The notes below the pieces were generated by a model. It was not told where the DNA came from. It made no database searches and saw only the letters and a list, made by a program, of their open reading frames with translations. A stretch of 64,000 bases of DNA, taken from Octopus vulgaris (lineage: Eukaryota). Positions 13,901 to 29,600 of the stretch are shown here, in pieces; the first letter of the stretch is position 1, and every line of letters begins with the position of its first letter. Position numbers and translations under genes: made by a program. The DNA lies in assembly GCA_951406725.2 (NCBI GenBank), contig OX597820.1, positions 41,788,001 through 41,852,000 on the forward strand. The letters are read 5' to 3'.

Positions 13901-14560
13901 ATAAATAGCCATGGTCATGAAAGGCTGATAAGGAAGTTGAACAAAATTAGGTCATGACATAGATAGCATGAAAGATTGAAATAGGTAGAAATAACGTTGA
14001 AGGTTGTTGGTTGAAGTGCGTGTTAGAAAGACGGACAATGTATTAAATGTAGTGCAGTGTAACAAAGCAATTCGAGTGGCAGTTAAGTTTTGATAGATTT
14101 GGTCGTGATTGAAGTCACGCCAGTGTGAATACATGCATGCTCATTTACACTCACAGAAATATTTACATCTGCACAAAAATTACTATGGATGAAGACGTGT
14201 CCATAAATGCACTCATAGACTCACATTTATACACATATCTACGCATTGATACAAGCTGCTTTCATTGTAGAAGCAGAAATTATCGCTATCCTCATCTTAC
14301 TTTGTAAAGAGTCAGCGAGCCATTTACTCATTACGCTACTAATCTATAAACCGATAACCTGATCACCTAACCACGTCACCTAGCATATTCAACACTTGAG
14401 GGACAAATAATTTTACTTCCTTATTTTTACTCCGCGTTTTAATGCTCGTGTTTTCTGTAATATACTAGAACTGCTTCGTTTCTGCAATCTACAGAGTATC
14501 CTTTACACAGAAAACTTTGGAAAAAACTTTATGTTTTTTTTCTTTTTGCCTTAAATTACC

Positions 14561-15140
14561 TCATGTGCCACGGTTACCCATGTCGTTTTGACAAATTTCC
14601 CCCCATCTGTCACGGTCAGAAGCACATTCCTCAAATTCTGAGGGCTTTATTCCAATATTCTTGATGTTAGTCTTCAGCTTATTCTTGTCTTTAAGAAGAA
14701 TATTTCCTATATTTCCCACTCTTGCTTTTGGTTTACCATATGTGAAAATATTCGGCAGTCTTTCATCATTCATCCTAACAACATAGCCAGACCATGTTAA
14801 ATGAAATTGCATCAAGAAGACCTCTACGCTTTTATAATTACATGTTCATGAAACAGCTCTTCATTGGAGTCTTTGTCCTTCCATGTAAAATCACAGATAT
14901 TTGTACGACATCATTTGTGGAAAGTATCAAGATGTGTTATATATTTTCTACATGGTGTGCACGATTCAGACCCACATCGAAATGCTGAGACGACAACTGC
15001 ACGGTAAGGTCAAATGTTAGTTTTCACACTCAATCCTCTTTCGATCCATACCCTTGCTTATAGCTTTCCAAATGCAATACTAAGATTAGTGCACCTATTT
15101 ACAATACGAAATTCATATACATTTGACAATGCTCGATCCC
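14561..15140 (-). mobile_element. RTE-clade LINE ORF C-terminal remnant
   Basis: SIAFGKL*ARVWIERGLSVKTNI*PYRAVVVSAFRCGSESCT...FHK*C...WKDK.SNEE, then FHLTWSGYVVRMNDERLPNIFTYG...ECASDRDRW. These match RTE/BovB motifs AFGRL..RVW, YRAVV..LLYGxETW, LRWAGHVxRMxDxRLPK and AxDRxxW. Confidence 0.88.
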
Positions 15141-16028
15141 CGTTTAATTCCGAATAACTCATTGTGCATTTTAAGTGAATAATACTTCGCTTCGACAATT
15201 GAAGATGTACTCTGTGAAGCATGACAGTATGCAGTTGCTGCGAACACATACATGAGTGCACATTCATATGCACATATTTATATGCATTTTTAAGGAGCAA
15301 TTATAGCACATTACAATACAGAATGGGGAACAAAATAAGATTAGAAAACACAAGTTGATAGCATAACCATCCTCTATAGAATTTCAAACAAAGTTAGATT
15401 AACTATGGAAAGTTAATTGATTGCAAAATAGCATTCAGAACTCAACTCGGATACAGCAAATATGGAGTAAACTATTAAACCAACCAGGATTTAACCGTTC
15501 AAATAATTCAAATCCGGCAATGAATGATGTTTTTCTCATTGGTTTGGAAATCATTCTCACGAAATCTTGCTATTTCTGTAATGCGTGCCCCTATTATCAC
15601 TTCATTTACGAACGAATTTAAGGAAGTCTTTATTCATTAATGAACTTAATACCATTATTTTAATATAACCGTAAAACACAATTACAATAATATGGAAAAA
15701 ATTTCTTAGAAAACAAAGAAGTCATACACATGAAACAAGAAACATTTTCCCTGTAAATGTGTATACGCAGACACACACTCACACACACACACACACACAC
15801 ACGCACACACACATATTGAGGATGTGGGTTAGAGTCTCTATTGAAAGGGTTTTTAACCCAATATTTACTCGCTATTATTTCTAGTTTTATCTGCTCTGAC
15901 ATTCATTGTTGCAAAACAAACAAATGTAGAGAAAGAATTATGTATATACATATATACACACATACACACATACATACATACACACATACATACATATATA
16001 CATATGCATATATATATGTATATATATA

Positions 16029-16076
<48 letters not shown>

Positions 16077-19000
16077 TGTATGTATATGTGTAGATATGAA
16101 TGAATAAATGAGTGTATATATGTAAGAGGGAATCACAGAAAAAAGTAATACATAGTATATACAGAACTCTTTACACTGAACTAGACTATTATAATAAAAT
16201 CTATTTTAATCAGAAACTTCATAAATTGTGAATATTTTTCACACTTGCTCGCTGTTTAGGAGATATAAGAAATGAATCAACATAACATGTATTCATATAC
16301 GAAATCAAAAACGTTGACTATGATGTGGGCACTAACAATAGCAAAAAATATTTATTTATATATGTAACCTGACATTGTATGATGCAAGGTCACCTGATCT
16401 TCATTTGATATGCATTCCGACATATTTCAACGAGAATATCAATTTATGAATTGAAATTTTTGCATAATGCAACAACAAAAAATAAAATGAAAATAAATTG
16501 TAACGTATGATAGAAGGCTGCTTTTTACAATACCCGCCACAATCATCAACCGTCGATAACAGGTCAAGAAAACTTTTCATTATTGGCGACAAAAAGCTAT
16601 TAGCACGGAACAACCTTTAAGATGGAGTCCCCGTGGAAAATTATATTTATTTTTACCTACATATACACGTCACAATAATCATTATTCTTATTATGAACTT
16701 TGGCATGTGACAGCATCTCCTAAGAATTCAATAATTACTGATATATGCACACGTGCTTATGTCTTTAAGTGTATATTGGCGAAGGACGTAAACATCGGCG
16801 AAAAACTGGTTCTCCTTAAACAAGTAACAATTGTTTCTTCCTGCCATTCTTGTCGCCAGAAATGTAGGGAAGTAGTGACCTGTTGAGAACCTGTAATCAC
16901 CAAATGCTATTGTCCACAAATTAATTTGTTGACTGAAACATAATTCAGAAAAATTTCAAGTAAATACACCTTAGTCATCAATCACACATTTTTCTCTACT
17001 AGTTGCAGCAATTAACCAAATGTGGATATTTTCGACTAACAAACCGATCCGCCTTGACAAAAAATATCAATAGCAATGAACACTCGAATTATCCATTCCG
17101 TAAACCGTTGATGTTGTCGACTACCAAACATTTAGACGGTTCACTCAATAATTTCAAATATGACCGAACCAATCTAGATCGATCGAATAATCTCTGCTCA
17201 TATAGGCATTTGTTCACATTCACTAGGTATATCCCTTTACATCTACAATGTCGATTAAAATTTGTATTACCTACATTAATTAACTCTATACCACAATCAC
17301 CAAAGCACGTAGCTCAGCGTAAATACAATTAAATAACTCACGACTAATTTACTGTAGTCACTTATCCTTAGCACAGCCCACCAAATCAGTTGCGCTAGCT
17401 AGAATCCTACCGGCTTCCCCATAATACGGAACACCACTTCTTCAACTAGATAAGTAATATTTCAGTAATTTGTAACGATATGTGTAAGCACTTTGTCTTC
17501 ATTTCGTTATCGTTTGAAGCAGCCTCTAATCCGATCAAATATACGATCATAATTTCAGTAATTGGCTGGATCTACTCTCCTGTCTACCAACCACATATAT
17601 CCATCATCAAGTCCTCTATCCAGTCACTACGCAACAAACTGACTGCCAATTCAAATTCCCTTTCAAACTACTTTGCAACCAATCATCTTTCTAAAATAAC
17701 TTGGATGATAACAGATCAATGAGAGAGAACATATGTGTTCGCTCGATTTGCGAGAATTAGAAGCCAATGTCCCCAACATCCACACTGACCTTCTTCAAGA
17801 TATGGAAGAATGCATTGGATTTACTAAATCGGAATACATTTTATCTGAAAGGAAAAGGGTGAAAAATATAGAATAGGTGTCTAAGTTTCGAACACTTTCG
17901 GTAGGACGTAGTTTGTTCTGCCAAAGTTTGAGTGATGCTAAACAAGAACGACACGCACAACAACAACATTAACAACGACAACGATGACAACATCAATAAC
18001 AAGCAAACAACAAGAACTACTATCAGCAACAGATCATGTGTCTTAAAAATAGGATATGCATATTGGATAATATTCCTAGATGCATTGCCTGAAATAAAGA
18101 CGGGATTATCACGGTTGGAATCATAGGTCTGCTATTTTACCCAGCTGGCATCCACATACTCAAGTAATTATCACGATCCCGATATTAGAACCGTGTAAGT
18201 ATCGGCCCATTCTTCGGTCAAACAATCTGCCAACCATCTATTAAACCATCCTACCACAACCAGCCAGTTGCCATTTATAGTAAAGGCAGTCAGCCAGTGA
18301 GCCAATTTGTAGACAACCAGCACTAAAGCGTTCAGCGACGGAGGGCGGATATAGCGTGACAGTTTCTAGTTCATTAGAGATGACGAGGCACTGCTTTTCT
18401 GTTTTTTTTTCTTTCTCTTTTCTAATTTGCAGTACTACTTTGTAAAAAGAAGCATTTTGAATATTGTAAGGCCGGCAACACAGCTTGATTAAAGTGGCTA
18501 GCTTTGTGATAAAATAAAGTTAGCGAACAAAACTTGCATATACATACACAACCATAAACAACATGGATACTCACACATGCACACACATTCACATAAACAT
18601 TCCCTCACATATACACGCATATAAAGATATAAAGTAACATTTAGAAACTCATGCATACATGGATACAGACAACAAAAAAAGTCAAGAGCACATACACATA
18701 CGTTCCCCGGATTCAATAAGCACACCTATACAGACATTTACAGACGAGTAGGCAACATCAACCACATACAATATAAATTCATAATGATTTTTCGTTATTA
18801 TATAATAATGTTACATGCACACACACACAAACATATATATGCATTTAACATACATATTTTATTAAAAAATATACAATAGAAACCACGATAAAAGCAATAT
18901 CCCTAACACAAAGACTAAGCATCTAACCATATATATATACTCGTCTGTGCATATAACTACGTTACTCACAAACAATTACTAACACACACGTGGAAACACG

Positions 19001-19240
19001 CACTGACACTCACAGACATAGAAAAACACCCAATTAATAACACAAAACCAGATATGAAAATATACATACATATATATAAATAGGAAAACATAAAAGACTA
19101 ATTGGATTTAGCTACAGAATACGTGTAGATTTGTCTAATTTATTGAATACCAGAAGCATACATAATATATATCTTTGCATGCATATTCTTTCTTTATCCC
19201 TCACTCGTTCTCTCTCACTCTCCCTCTTTCTCTTTTTCTT

Positions 19241-19302
<62 letters not shown>

Positions 19303-19582
19303 TATATATATATATATATGTACGCATGTATCTATGTGTGTGTATATGTATACATATACATATATATATATATATATACATATTTATGTTTGTATGTGTA
19401 TGTATGCACACACACACACACACTCATATATATATAAGCCTACTTATATATTTACGTATATCCATATATATATATATATATATACATCGAGTGTACGAAC
19501 ATATACATATATGTATGTATTTATGGGAATACGTAATATATTTGTTTGAATATCTCGAGTTAGTATCGAGCAGATTATAACT

Positions 19583-19592
19583 CAGCAGTTGT

Positions 19593-19623
<31 letters not shown>

Positions 19624-19697
19624 TGGGCAGCAGCAGCAGCAGTAATAGTAGTGGTAGTAGTAGTAGTAGCAGCAGTAGTAGTAGGAGTAGTAGTAGT

Positions 19698-19732
<35 letters not shown>

Positions 19733-19733
19733 T

Positions 19734-19810
<77 letters not shown>

Positions 19811-19860
19811 CAGCAGCAGTAGTAGTAGTAGTAGTAGTAGTAGCAGCAGCAGCCGCAGTA
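19583..19860. repeat. (AGT)n/(AGC)n compound trinucleotide microsatellite
   Basis: Direct reading; source of the poly-S/V/L ORFs. Confidence 0.95.
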
Positions 19861-20092
19861 ACAGCGACGGCGAATAAATTGCTAATAAAATAGCCGACAT
19901 TTCTTTGAAAAATCAGTACATGACGACATCACGGCTGCTTCAGTATATTTGTGTATTGTCCAGAGATAAGTTGTAAATTTTAAGGTATATTTGATATTGT
20001 TTTAACAGGTGAACAATCAGATCTTAATCAGTCGTTCACTGGAATACGTGACTTCTGATGAATCTCCGTCAGTCAATGATGGCGCAGTCGTT

Positions 20093-20138
<46 letters not shown>

Positions 20139-20749
20139 CGCATATTTACACTCACATACAGCAGTAGGTGAATAATGTTCTTAAGGTCAGCATTTACATT
20201 TTTCCGATCATTTCTACTCTCCCTAGTCAAACCACTATTGGATGAATTTCAATGGGGTTAAGCTCGTTTTAAAGGAATAGTAACCCAGTACATTTGGAGA
20301 AAATTTGTTTAAGACATAAATTGCGATGAAATATCCATGTGTGAATAATGGGAGTGAGGCATAAACATATTCTTAGCAGTATAGATCTCTTAAAATTTTT
20401 GCTTTAGTTTCACTGAAATAAAAATCAGAATAAAATGAATGTAATTTGTTAAATGTCTTCAAACTTGGTGAAATAGAAAGAAATTATGACGCAACATTTT
20501 TGAAAATCAGCTAAGTGCTGAGTAATGCCTGATATCTGTCAATCATCATATCACAATAACTCTAAAGAAAATTGCCATGTTTTTTTTTCTAATCTCTGCC
20601 ATAGAAGACTACTCTTGTATGTCTTACCAAAATTATTGAGGCAGAAAAAAATTTTAAGGGTAAAAAAAGTGATCAAATCGGAAAGGGAATACAACATAAA
20701 TATATCTGTTATTTTAGAAAAAAAATATTGTGGTTCATTTGGGACATTT

Positions 20750-21165
20750 AAACGTAGGGAATCCAGTTGAATTTGAACGCATCTACATCCACCCCAAGTT
20801 GGGCTCTCAGTACATTCGGAGGGATATAGAAGAGCTCTGGGCTCTTGAATCCCAACTTATTGCAGTATCTTGTATTTCGACTTTGATGGAATTGTAGGAA
20901 CTGTGCAATGAAGCCCTGTTCTTGTGTTAGTATAAGTTTCAGCATTAAAGTTTGGGACAACCCTTCCAGGATCTTCAAAGCGTTCTTGGGAGTAATACCT
21001 TAATAACTTGAGTTCTTCAGCCCTTCTTAGTAGTTAATTCGCTGCATTGTGACTATCATTTTGTGTAGCTTCGCTGGACTGCTTGGAGTTCCTCCATAAA
21101 TTCTACACTGTGTGATGATCTTAGCCGGGAGTAATCGTCAAGACAGCTTAGAACAAATGTCCTCT
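20750..21165 (-). mobile_element. CR1/L2-like LINE ORF2 C-terminal remnant
   Basis: Minus-strand pieces: FVLSCLDDYSRL, ELQAVQRSYTK, KILEG, VPNFNAETYTNTRTGLHCTVP, RYCNKLGFKSPELF, LGVDVDAFKF. Compare CR1-type SRLDYCSxLW...LExVQR.xTK...KILxG...FKxxLD. The 5' side abuts (TA)n. Confidence 0.8.
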
Positions 21166-21175
21166 AGGAACCGTC

Positions 21176-21247
<72 letters not shown>

Positions 21248-21873
21248 TTTAGATGTTTCAGTCACTGGCATTTGTTGTGTGGCTTTCCGATTGATCTCAT
21301 TTAATTCAGCTATTGTTTTCTTGACACTTTCTCCTTTGTCTCGCTAGAATACTTTTAATCTGTTTATGAAATAAATTCTTTTACCATAGTTTAAGGTTTT
21401 TGAACAAACATTCACTTCTTAATCTTAATAAAGTTCGCATTTTGTTTCAATAATAATTATTTGTGGCAGCAAAACACGTTAACTGTAAATGGTGTTCACA
21501 AGTAAGGAATATCCGGGCGCGAAATTGGTGAATTTTTTAATTGAACCTGGAAACGCATAGGACAAGAATTTGAAGTTTGGAAATATTGCAGCTGAAGATG
21601 CAATTACAATAAATATAGAAGAATACGTTTTTTAGTTTTGTTCATATGTACTCCATCTTTAGAGTCTAACTTCTCCTCCGAAGAATATTCTGTATGATAC
21701 TTACTATATTAACTCTCTATAAAATATAATCAGGAGATGAAAGGATGGAGTTGAAGAACTCGTAAATAATTAAAATGTAGACTTCGAAAATTTAAAAATA
21801 GCCGCTACATTTCTCTTATGTTTCTCTAAACTGAACCGAAATACGATGTCATCCAATAGTGATGTCTGACAAG

Positions 21874-21980
21874 ATTTCCTTTGACTTACCTAGTAACAGT
21901 CAAATAGGCACTGGGAGCCTAGCAATATTTCCTTTGACTTAACCTAGTAACAGTCAAATAGGCACTGGTAGCCTAGCAAC
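21874..21980. repeat. Tandem duplication, 2 x ~53 bp
   Basis: atttcctttgactta(a)cctagtaacagtcaaataggcactgg(g/t)agcctagcaa occurs twice. Confidence 0.9.
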
Positions 21981-22507
21981 TCATGAATTATAAGACGAAT
22001 GGTGTGGTAGGTCTACGTTTATCCTCTGAGAAATGAAAATTTATCCTTACTAATTTTGAATCTATGTTGAAAATCCAACACATATGAGTTCTTGTTATCT
22101 AAAATCTTTACCCAGTATCCATGTATTTTATAAAGCTTGATCAACAAATTCCTTTCTCTAAAATACATAACATAAAATTTCTCTGCTTCAGACTCAGCAT
22201 AAACACGTAGGTATAATATCTATTAGACATGAGAGGGTGTCAGAGGTGAAAGATGCCCTTTCAAATTTTAGCATCTAAATCACATGCTGTTCAAACGCAC
22301 TAGTCTACCCTGTTATATTTTCCCTACTCACCGAAAATATGTGTTTAAATTTCAGCCCCAATATTTTTTTAAGCTTTAGTTTCTTGTCCTGTATATTTCC
22401 AGTTTCAGATGATTAAGAATATTACAATCTCAGTACCTGCATTTTCTCTGGTAGTATACACACACACACACACTCACACACACACACACTCACACACACA
22501 AACACTC

Positions 22508-22549
<42 letters not shown>

Positions 22550-22854
22550 GCGCGCGCGCAGCGCACACACATTCAGCTCATGATTCATTCTGTGAGTACT
22601 CCTCATTTGGGGCGTCGTATGTTTCTCAAGCGTGGTGGCACACAAGACCAGCCACACGGCATGATTAATTCATCTCATTCTGTTATAGATGCATGCACTG
22701 CACATGCATATGTTCATGCATTTATCAAGTTTGAAATCTGAATTTTTGGTTATCTACATTCTATTGACTGAACTTTGTATCTTTGTTAGAAACCAAGTGT
22801 TTCCTCTGAGGATGATTTCAAATATTTAATAATGGAAGAGAACATTCATACATT

Positions 22855-23130
22855 ATGTATGTATGTATGTATGTATGTACGTACGTATGTACGTATGTTT
22901 GTATGTATGTATGTATGTATGTATGTATGTATGTATGCATGTATCTATGTTTGTATGTATGCATGTATGTATGCATGCATGTATGCATGCATGTATGCAT
23001 ATATGTATTTATGTATATATATGTACATATGCATGCATGTATGTATTTATGTATGTATATATGTACGTATGTACGTACGTATGTATGTATGTATGTATGT
23101 ATGTATGTATGTATGTATGCATATATGTAT
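22855..23130. repeat. (TATG)n-type microsatellite
   Basis: Direct reading. Confidence 0.95.
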
Positions 23131-25289
23131 GTATATGTGTCATATACAGGCGTAAGCGTGGCTCTGTGGTTTCCAAGTTTATGTCATAAAATGTGGTTTC
23201 ATTTTCTCTTTCAATGCACAGTAGTTCAGCCACTGTTTGATAAATGCTAAATAAGCACAATCAAGTAGAGAGACTTTCTGAAGAAGACATCCTTGCGCAC
23301 GCCTGCGCGTGTGTATGACTTGTGTACATATGTTTGTACTAGTTTGAGAGCAAAAGATATATTTTGAAGTGGAGATGTTGAAGGGAAGTAAAGGTTAGAT
23401 AGAATAGGAATAAAGAGATTTATTGCATTGTGTGGAAGATACTCTAATTCTTCGATTTCTGCTAATTTTCTTTCATTTTAAGAATTATGATGCAATTCAT
23501 TCTCCATTCTCTCTTGTAGTAGCATTATTTTCTACATTTTTTTTCTCCGTTTTGCTCACGCATTTCATTCCTTCCTTAGTTACTTTCTTTGTACTTCATT
23601 CACTCTATTTTCCTTTTCTTGCTTCTATCTGCGAATGCTATCAGCTCAGTCTGCCTTAAAGCTTCATCGTATATGTTCGTATTCTGACCAATTGGACCAG
23701 TTAAGCACGTGCTATATGTGAGCTGCATGTTGGTGTTTGATTCTTACATTTTGTACGCGTCTGTATTATGCATACAAATGAAACGGCACCGTGTAAGCTT
23801 CGCACACAATCGATTAACTAACTTCATGTCTAAACTGAGAATTAACTTGAGTATTGGGGATATAAAAGCTTAGTTTTGTTACAAAAATGTTTACCAACCC
23901 TTGGTCTTAAAGGGGTTAATGGTGTATACATATTTCTTGATCTGTAAGTCGTCCAATGTATTCAGAGGCACTAAATAAGATATGAAGTGGGGGCATAGTT
24001 ATCTGAAATTTCTAAATACCGCCATGAGTGTGTGATAGAAATAAAATAACGAGAAGAAAAATGCACTGTATAAGTGAGAAGGTATAATGAGAATGGGAAA
24101 TGGTAAGGGGAGAGTAAGGTTAGAGAGTGGGTGAAAATGGAGGAGCGTGAAAGACTAAGTGCGGGAGGGAGAATGTAAAAAAAAGGAGCTCATTAATGAA
24201 TCTTTCGTGTCCGAGGTATTGTTTGGAGGGAAGAAGGAAGAATGAAAATAATGAAACATTTCTCAAGAAAATTATCAGACAACATAGCATTAAAACAGAG
24301 TGAGAATTATATCTAATTAGATTCTGCGAAAACAATGTTCAAAAATCTACCCATAAAAAGACAACTAGAATAATACTAACATTAAAGCTTTGATAACACA
24401 ATTTAATGTAATTTATAGTTTTTTCGCTTTCTTTCTCCCTCCTCCTTTCGCACGTACGAATGTTGCCGAAACCGAATATCGTTCAATTTTATACGAAATT
24501 AAAGCTCTCTCCGATACAATGTTCTTGACAAAATAAATAAATAAAATAGAATAAAATAAAATAAAATAAAAGAAATCAATAAAATAGGGTGCCTTTACAA
24601 AATCCATTTATTCATTTAATATTATGTTAGTTGCAAAACAATTCTGAAGCATAAAACAAGAGGGAAAAAAATTGAAAATCATATTTAAAAGTGAAAAATC
24701 AGCAAATAAATAACTGACGTTCTAATGAAGCTTCAAGAAGACCCGATATTAAATAAAGGGAGAGCAGTAGCAGAGAAAAAAAATTGAACATCAAGAGTTA
24801 TTTAATAAAGATTGAAAGCAGTGTGGTCACATGTACAAATCAAACATTTCAACACATGCATAGACCCAATATACCAATAACTTACACATGAACACTGCTC
24901 ATAATTTCATTTTGGTTCAATATCATTCAATAAATCGCTCCCAATAAAGTGTGGATTTGTTAAATCCGTTATCCAAATAACTTCAAATATCATTAAATGT
25001 TATGCCTATGTATATTATTAGTTCATTTCACTCACGCTTCCTAGTGACCTTGCGAGATGCATAGACGTCACAACCTAACATTCAACGAACGTCAAGACTA
25101 AACTCCGTATCATAATATATGTTTGTATGTGTGTCTGTGTGTGTTTTGGGGACTGTGCGTACACATATAAGTATCTCTATCTCTACCACACAATATCTCT
25201 CTCTCACTCTCTCTCCATAGACAAACATAAACATGTATATGTATGTATGTGTGTGTATAGTTTTCTTCTTCCTATTTGTCTATTTATCT

Positions 25290-25610
<321 letters not shown>

Positions 25611-25625
25611 CCTATCTCCGTGTGC

Positions 25626-25680
<55 letters not shown>

Positions 25681-26356
25681 ATCTCTTCACATAGGAAGAG
25701 AATTTTTCCTTCAAGTATGGGTTAATATTCAAAATATGCGAACGAAGGCATAGATATAGACACACTTAATATGGAATATTAAATGATAGAGAGACGAGTT
25801 TAGATAGATTAAAGATTAAAAAAAAAAAAAAATTAAAAAATAAACTTAATAACAAAGTGATTGCATGATATCTATTCAATATTAAAAATATTACGAGAAG
25901 AAAAAAGATATTTAAATGTAACGCAATAAAATGCTAAACAATATTAAAGAAATGGAAATACTGAATAGAAAATCATAATATCAACATGAATTGTTGTGTG
26001 TATGTGGATACGTAACCGGTCGATGTGTCTGATTGACGCCGAAAGTTCGCGTGAGATTAGAAAAACTGTTACTAAGGCGATTACTGAGCCTCAGATGGAA
26101 AAGATCAAAAATATATCGGTATGAGCATATGCAGGATCAGAAGATAAAATAACAAAAGGTAAAGTAATAAAAATGATATGTAAATTATGGTATTATGAAT
26201 AAAAGAAGAAAAGAAAGCTCTGTGTATAAGGTATAACAGATAAGACAAAGTAGGCAAGGTACACAATTTTATAAAATATTGCTCATAAACACAATCACAC
26301 ACTTGTAACTCTCGCGATTATACTTTCTTCTCCATCTCTTTCTCTCTAACTCTAAC

Positions 26357-26406
<50 letters not shown>

Positions 26407-26598
26407 TCTCTCTCTGTATATATGTGTGTGTGCGTGTGTGTATGTGAGTTTGTGTGTGCGTGTGCACATATTTTGCGTCTGTGTATGTAAATACGCTTTT
26501 GGTTTGGTCACACGTGAAATACAGATTCTATAGTTAGTCGACAGCTGATTATTTAATCGTGAACTATGCTGCCGCCGCCAACCTTCGCGTTGCCGTCA

Positions 26599-26633
<35 letters not shown>

Positions 26634-26673
26634 TATTTATGCGCAGACATAGACAGAGTGAGAGAGAGATATG

Positions 26674-26706
<33 letters not shown>

Positions 26707-26877
26707 GTTATAAAGTGAGATAGGGGTTGAAAATTCAACCCACCATGGGATAATATATATCCAATATACTGCTAGATAGGTACCCAACAAAATTAATACA
26801 TAGATGTTAAAAATTGTCAAACAATCAGTTCATCTATTGTATTATATGGGTAAAGGTAATATATATGTATATGTATA

Positions 26878-26934
<57 letters not shown>

Positions 26935-27042
26935 GTATATGAATATATATATATATATATGTGTGTATATATATGTGTGTGTGTATATATATATATGTGA
27001 CTTCAGGATTATCACAAGTGTGTGTGCCTGTGTATGTGTGTT

Positions 27043-27087
<45 letters not shown>

Positions 27088-28305
27088 GTATTGATGTAAG
27101 TATGTATGTATGCATGTATGTATGTATAACTACAAACGCACACACACACACACACAAATATATATATTTGTGTAATAAATACATATTTTGTTTGTCTTAT
27201 ATGTACCACTCGATATATATCGAAGATACCTACACACACATTCGTAATCATTCACTTACGCACGAATACTGATGAAGTTAATTTTTTTTTCCCACAGAGT
27301 TATGTGTATAACGCAGCTTTTTCAATAGCAGAATGATAATATATATATATATATATAATCCCACAATGATATAGAAATATAGGTAAGACTTTTTGCTGAC
27401 ATTTTTTAACATAGCTTTATTTTATTTTCCAATCTTCTTTCTGTCTCTCTATCTCTGTCTTTCTTCCTCACACTTGCAATCTCTCACGTCATATCTCTTT
27501 CTATCGACTTTTTTTTTTTTAAAACAGGGTATTATCTAACAGTAATTCTGATATCAACTATTTGATATGGATAATATTGTGTTGTGTCTCGTCCTCCCAA
27601 ATAACGGTTTGATGTTATATTCCCGAAGCTCCTTATCTTTCTATTGTTATTTATTTATTTATTTAATCACACTTTTATTATTTTTTTTTTATTTGATTTT
27701 CACTGTGGCATTCATCTAGTATCGTTGATCAATAATTCGTTCCAACCAATCAAATACTCTCAAATGATTCTACATCCAACCCTATCTCATTCTTTTGAAA
27801 TCCACAACACCATTGGATGCTGCATATGTTCAAAGGGATTAATAGCTAAAGGGAAATAGGGGTTCAAAGAGTTAAAACGATCTTTGATAAGCGGCCATAA
27901 TTGGTTGAGTTTTTACTGTTCGCAGAGGGTATTGGTAGAGGTTTGCTAGTTTTGTGAATATAAACACCGCTCAGGTTTAGGATATTTTCAGAATCCTTCC
28001 TGTCAACTTCGATCACAAGAGACCGGGATAGCATTCTTTCGTTATTTATTCATTATTGAACATACACATTTCTACCCCCACATGCAAGCACACACACGCA
28101 AACACACACAGGCATACGCATGTACACATACGCACACCTAAACACACATACACTCACAGTAGTGCACTAGAAATCGAAATAATATGATACAAGCAAACAT
28201 GTACAAGTATCCATACGCAGTATACGTAAAATGAAACGTAAATTGTAAACGCTTATGATTCTTTAAACTAAAAGATCGTCTTTTCCACAATTTAAGTAGG
28301 CTTTG

Positions 28306-28340
<35 letters not shown>

Positions 28341-28874
28341 TCTCTCCCTCTCTCTCACGATCTCTCTCTCCTCTCTCTTTCTCTCTCGCTCTCTCTCCCT
28401 CTCTCCCTCTATCTATCTATCTATCAATATCTCTCATGTTTTCGCTTCTCTCTCCTTGCCTAGCCCTATCTTTTTCTCTTTCGCTTTTCCATAGAGAGAG
28501 ACACATGTTGTGTGTGTACGCGTGCGTAAACAAATAAAATATATGGGCCTATGTATATACATACATGTATATCTATCTATCTATCTCTCTCTCTATCTAT
28601 GGGTGTGTGTGTGTAAAAAATTAAATGCATAAATAATTATATATAGCACTTATGCATATAATATTCGCACGATACGTACATTACCTGAGTGGGTTGATAA
28701 AAAGCAAAAGGAAAGTGAACGTAGGCTGAAAAATTACCTTTAATGCTTCAATATTTACATGAACCTCTTTTACTACACTTTTAATGCTTTTACTCCGCCG
28801 TTGCAACTACCACCAACACCGCAGCCACTATTACCACTACAACAATTGATGATGACGATGATGATCATGACGAT

Positions 28875-29570
28875 AAATTCCTTTATTGGTCACATGTGTC
28901 TCAGTAGCAAACAAGAACAATGAGTAATTTGCGTCGAGTAAAACGGTGATATCAAACACAAAGGAGGCATTAATAAATAGGTAATATTAAATAGAACTAA
29001 TAGCATACTACAATAGAAAAACAAAAAAAGGTTTCCAAAATGAGGGAGCAACTACAAAATTTGATCCGGATGTCTCTGTACACAGTTCTGGATAATTCAG
29101 ACGTACCTAATTCAATACTTTCTCCAAGTTCTAAGCGCCAATTCTCGACGAGTTTTTATTGTAGCTTCATTTAGCCATACCAGTTTTGCTACAAGTATTT
29201 ACTTTTCATACAATTTACTAGAGAGTAGCAACCTTACTCACTAGCCACATCTTTGTCTTCAAGAGCTTTTCAAAATTTTGTATGTGTTAACCCCGAGAGA
29301 AAATGCTCTGTCCTAACGCCTTTCTATCAAGTCCATTGCATAAATTCTTTTGTGATAACCACTAGACAGAGGATAATTATTCTCTTTTTGTTGCTCAAAC
29401 AAGGCTGATGTTCGTTCTTCTCCATACACGAAACAGTCAGCCGGATCTATCTCGCAAATGATAAAACTTCCTCGACACAAACTCACGTGTCAGCTACACC
29501 CAGACAGTGAACGAGTTTGAGCTGGATAGTTTCGCATCCCTCTGTATATCTCTTGCAGATTCGCTTACCG
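28875..29570 (-). mobile_element. Tx1/L1-like LINE 3' remnant (decayed zinc knuckle, ORF2 C-terminus, 3' UTR)
   Basis: ICKRYTEGCETIQLKLVHC (degenerate CCHC knuckle with ET), then *VCVEEVLSFAR*IRLTVS...ILCLVVITKEFMQWT**KGVRTEHFLSG. The 3' end tgtgaccaataaaggaa is followed by an (ATC)n-like tail. Confidence 0.7.
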
Positions 29571-29600
29571 ACCCTAATAATAACATACATAGGAATAAGA

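Noticed and set aside
16380-16430. ARSPDL peptide suggesting a Tc1-like transposase
   Set aside because: Only a 5-6 residue match with unconvincing flanks.
19424-19900. Poly-L/S/V ORFs (also at 5245, 30511, 31118 and 41371)
   Set aside because: Trinucleotide microsatellites with no flanking coding context.
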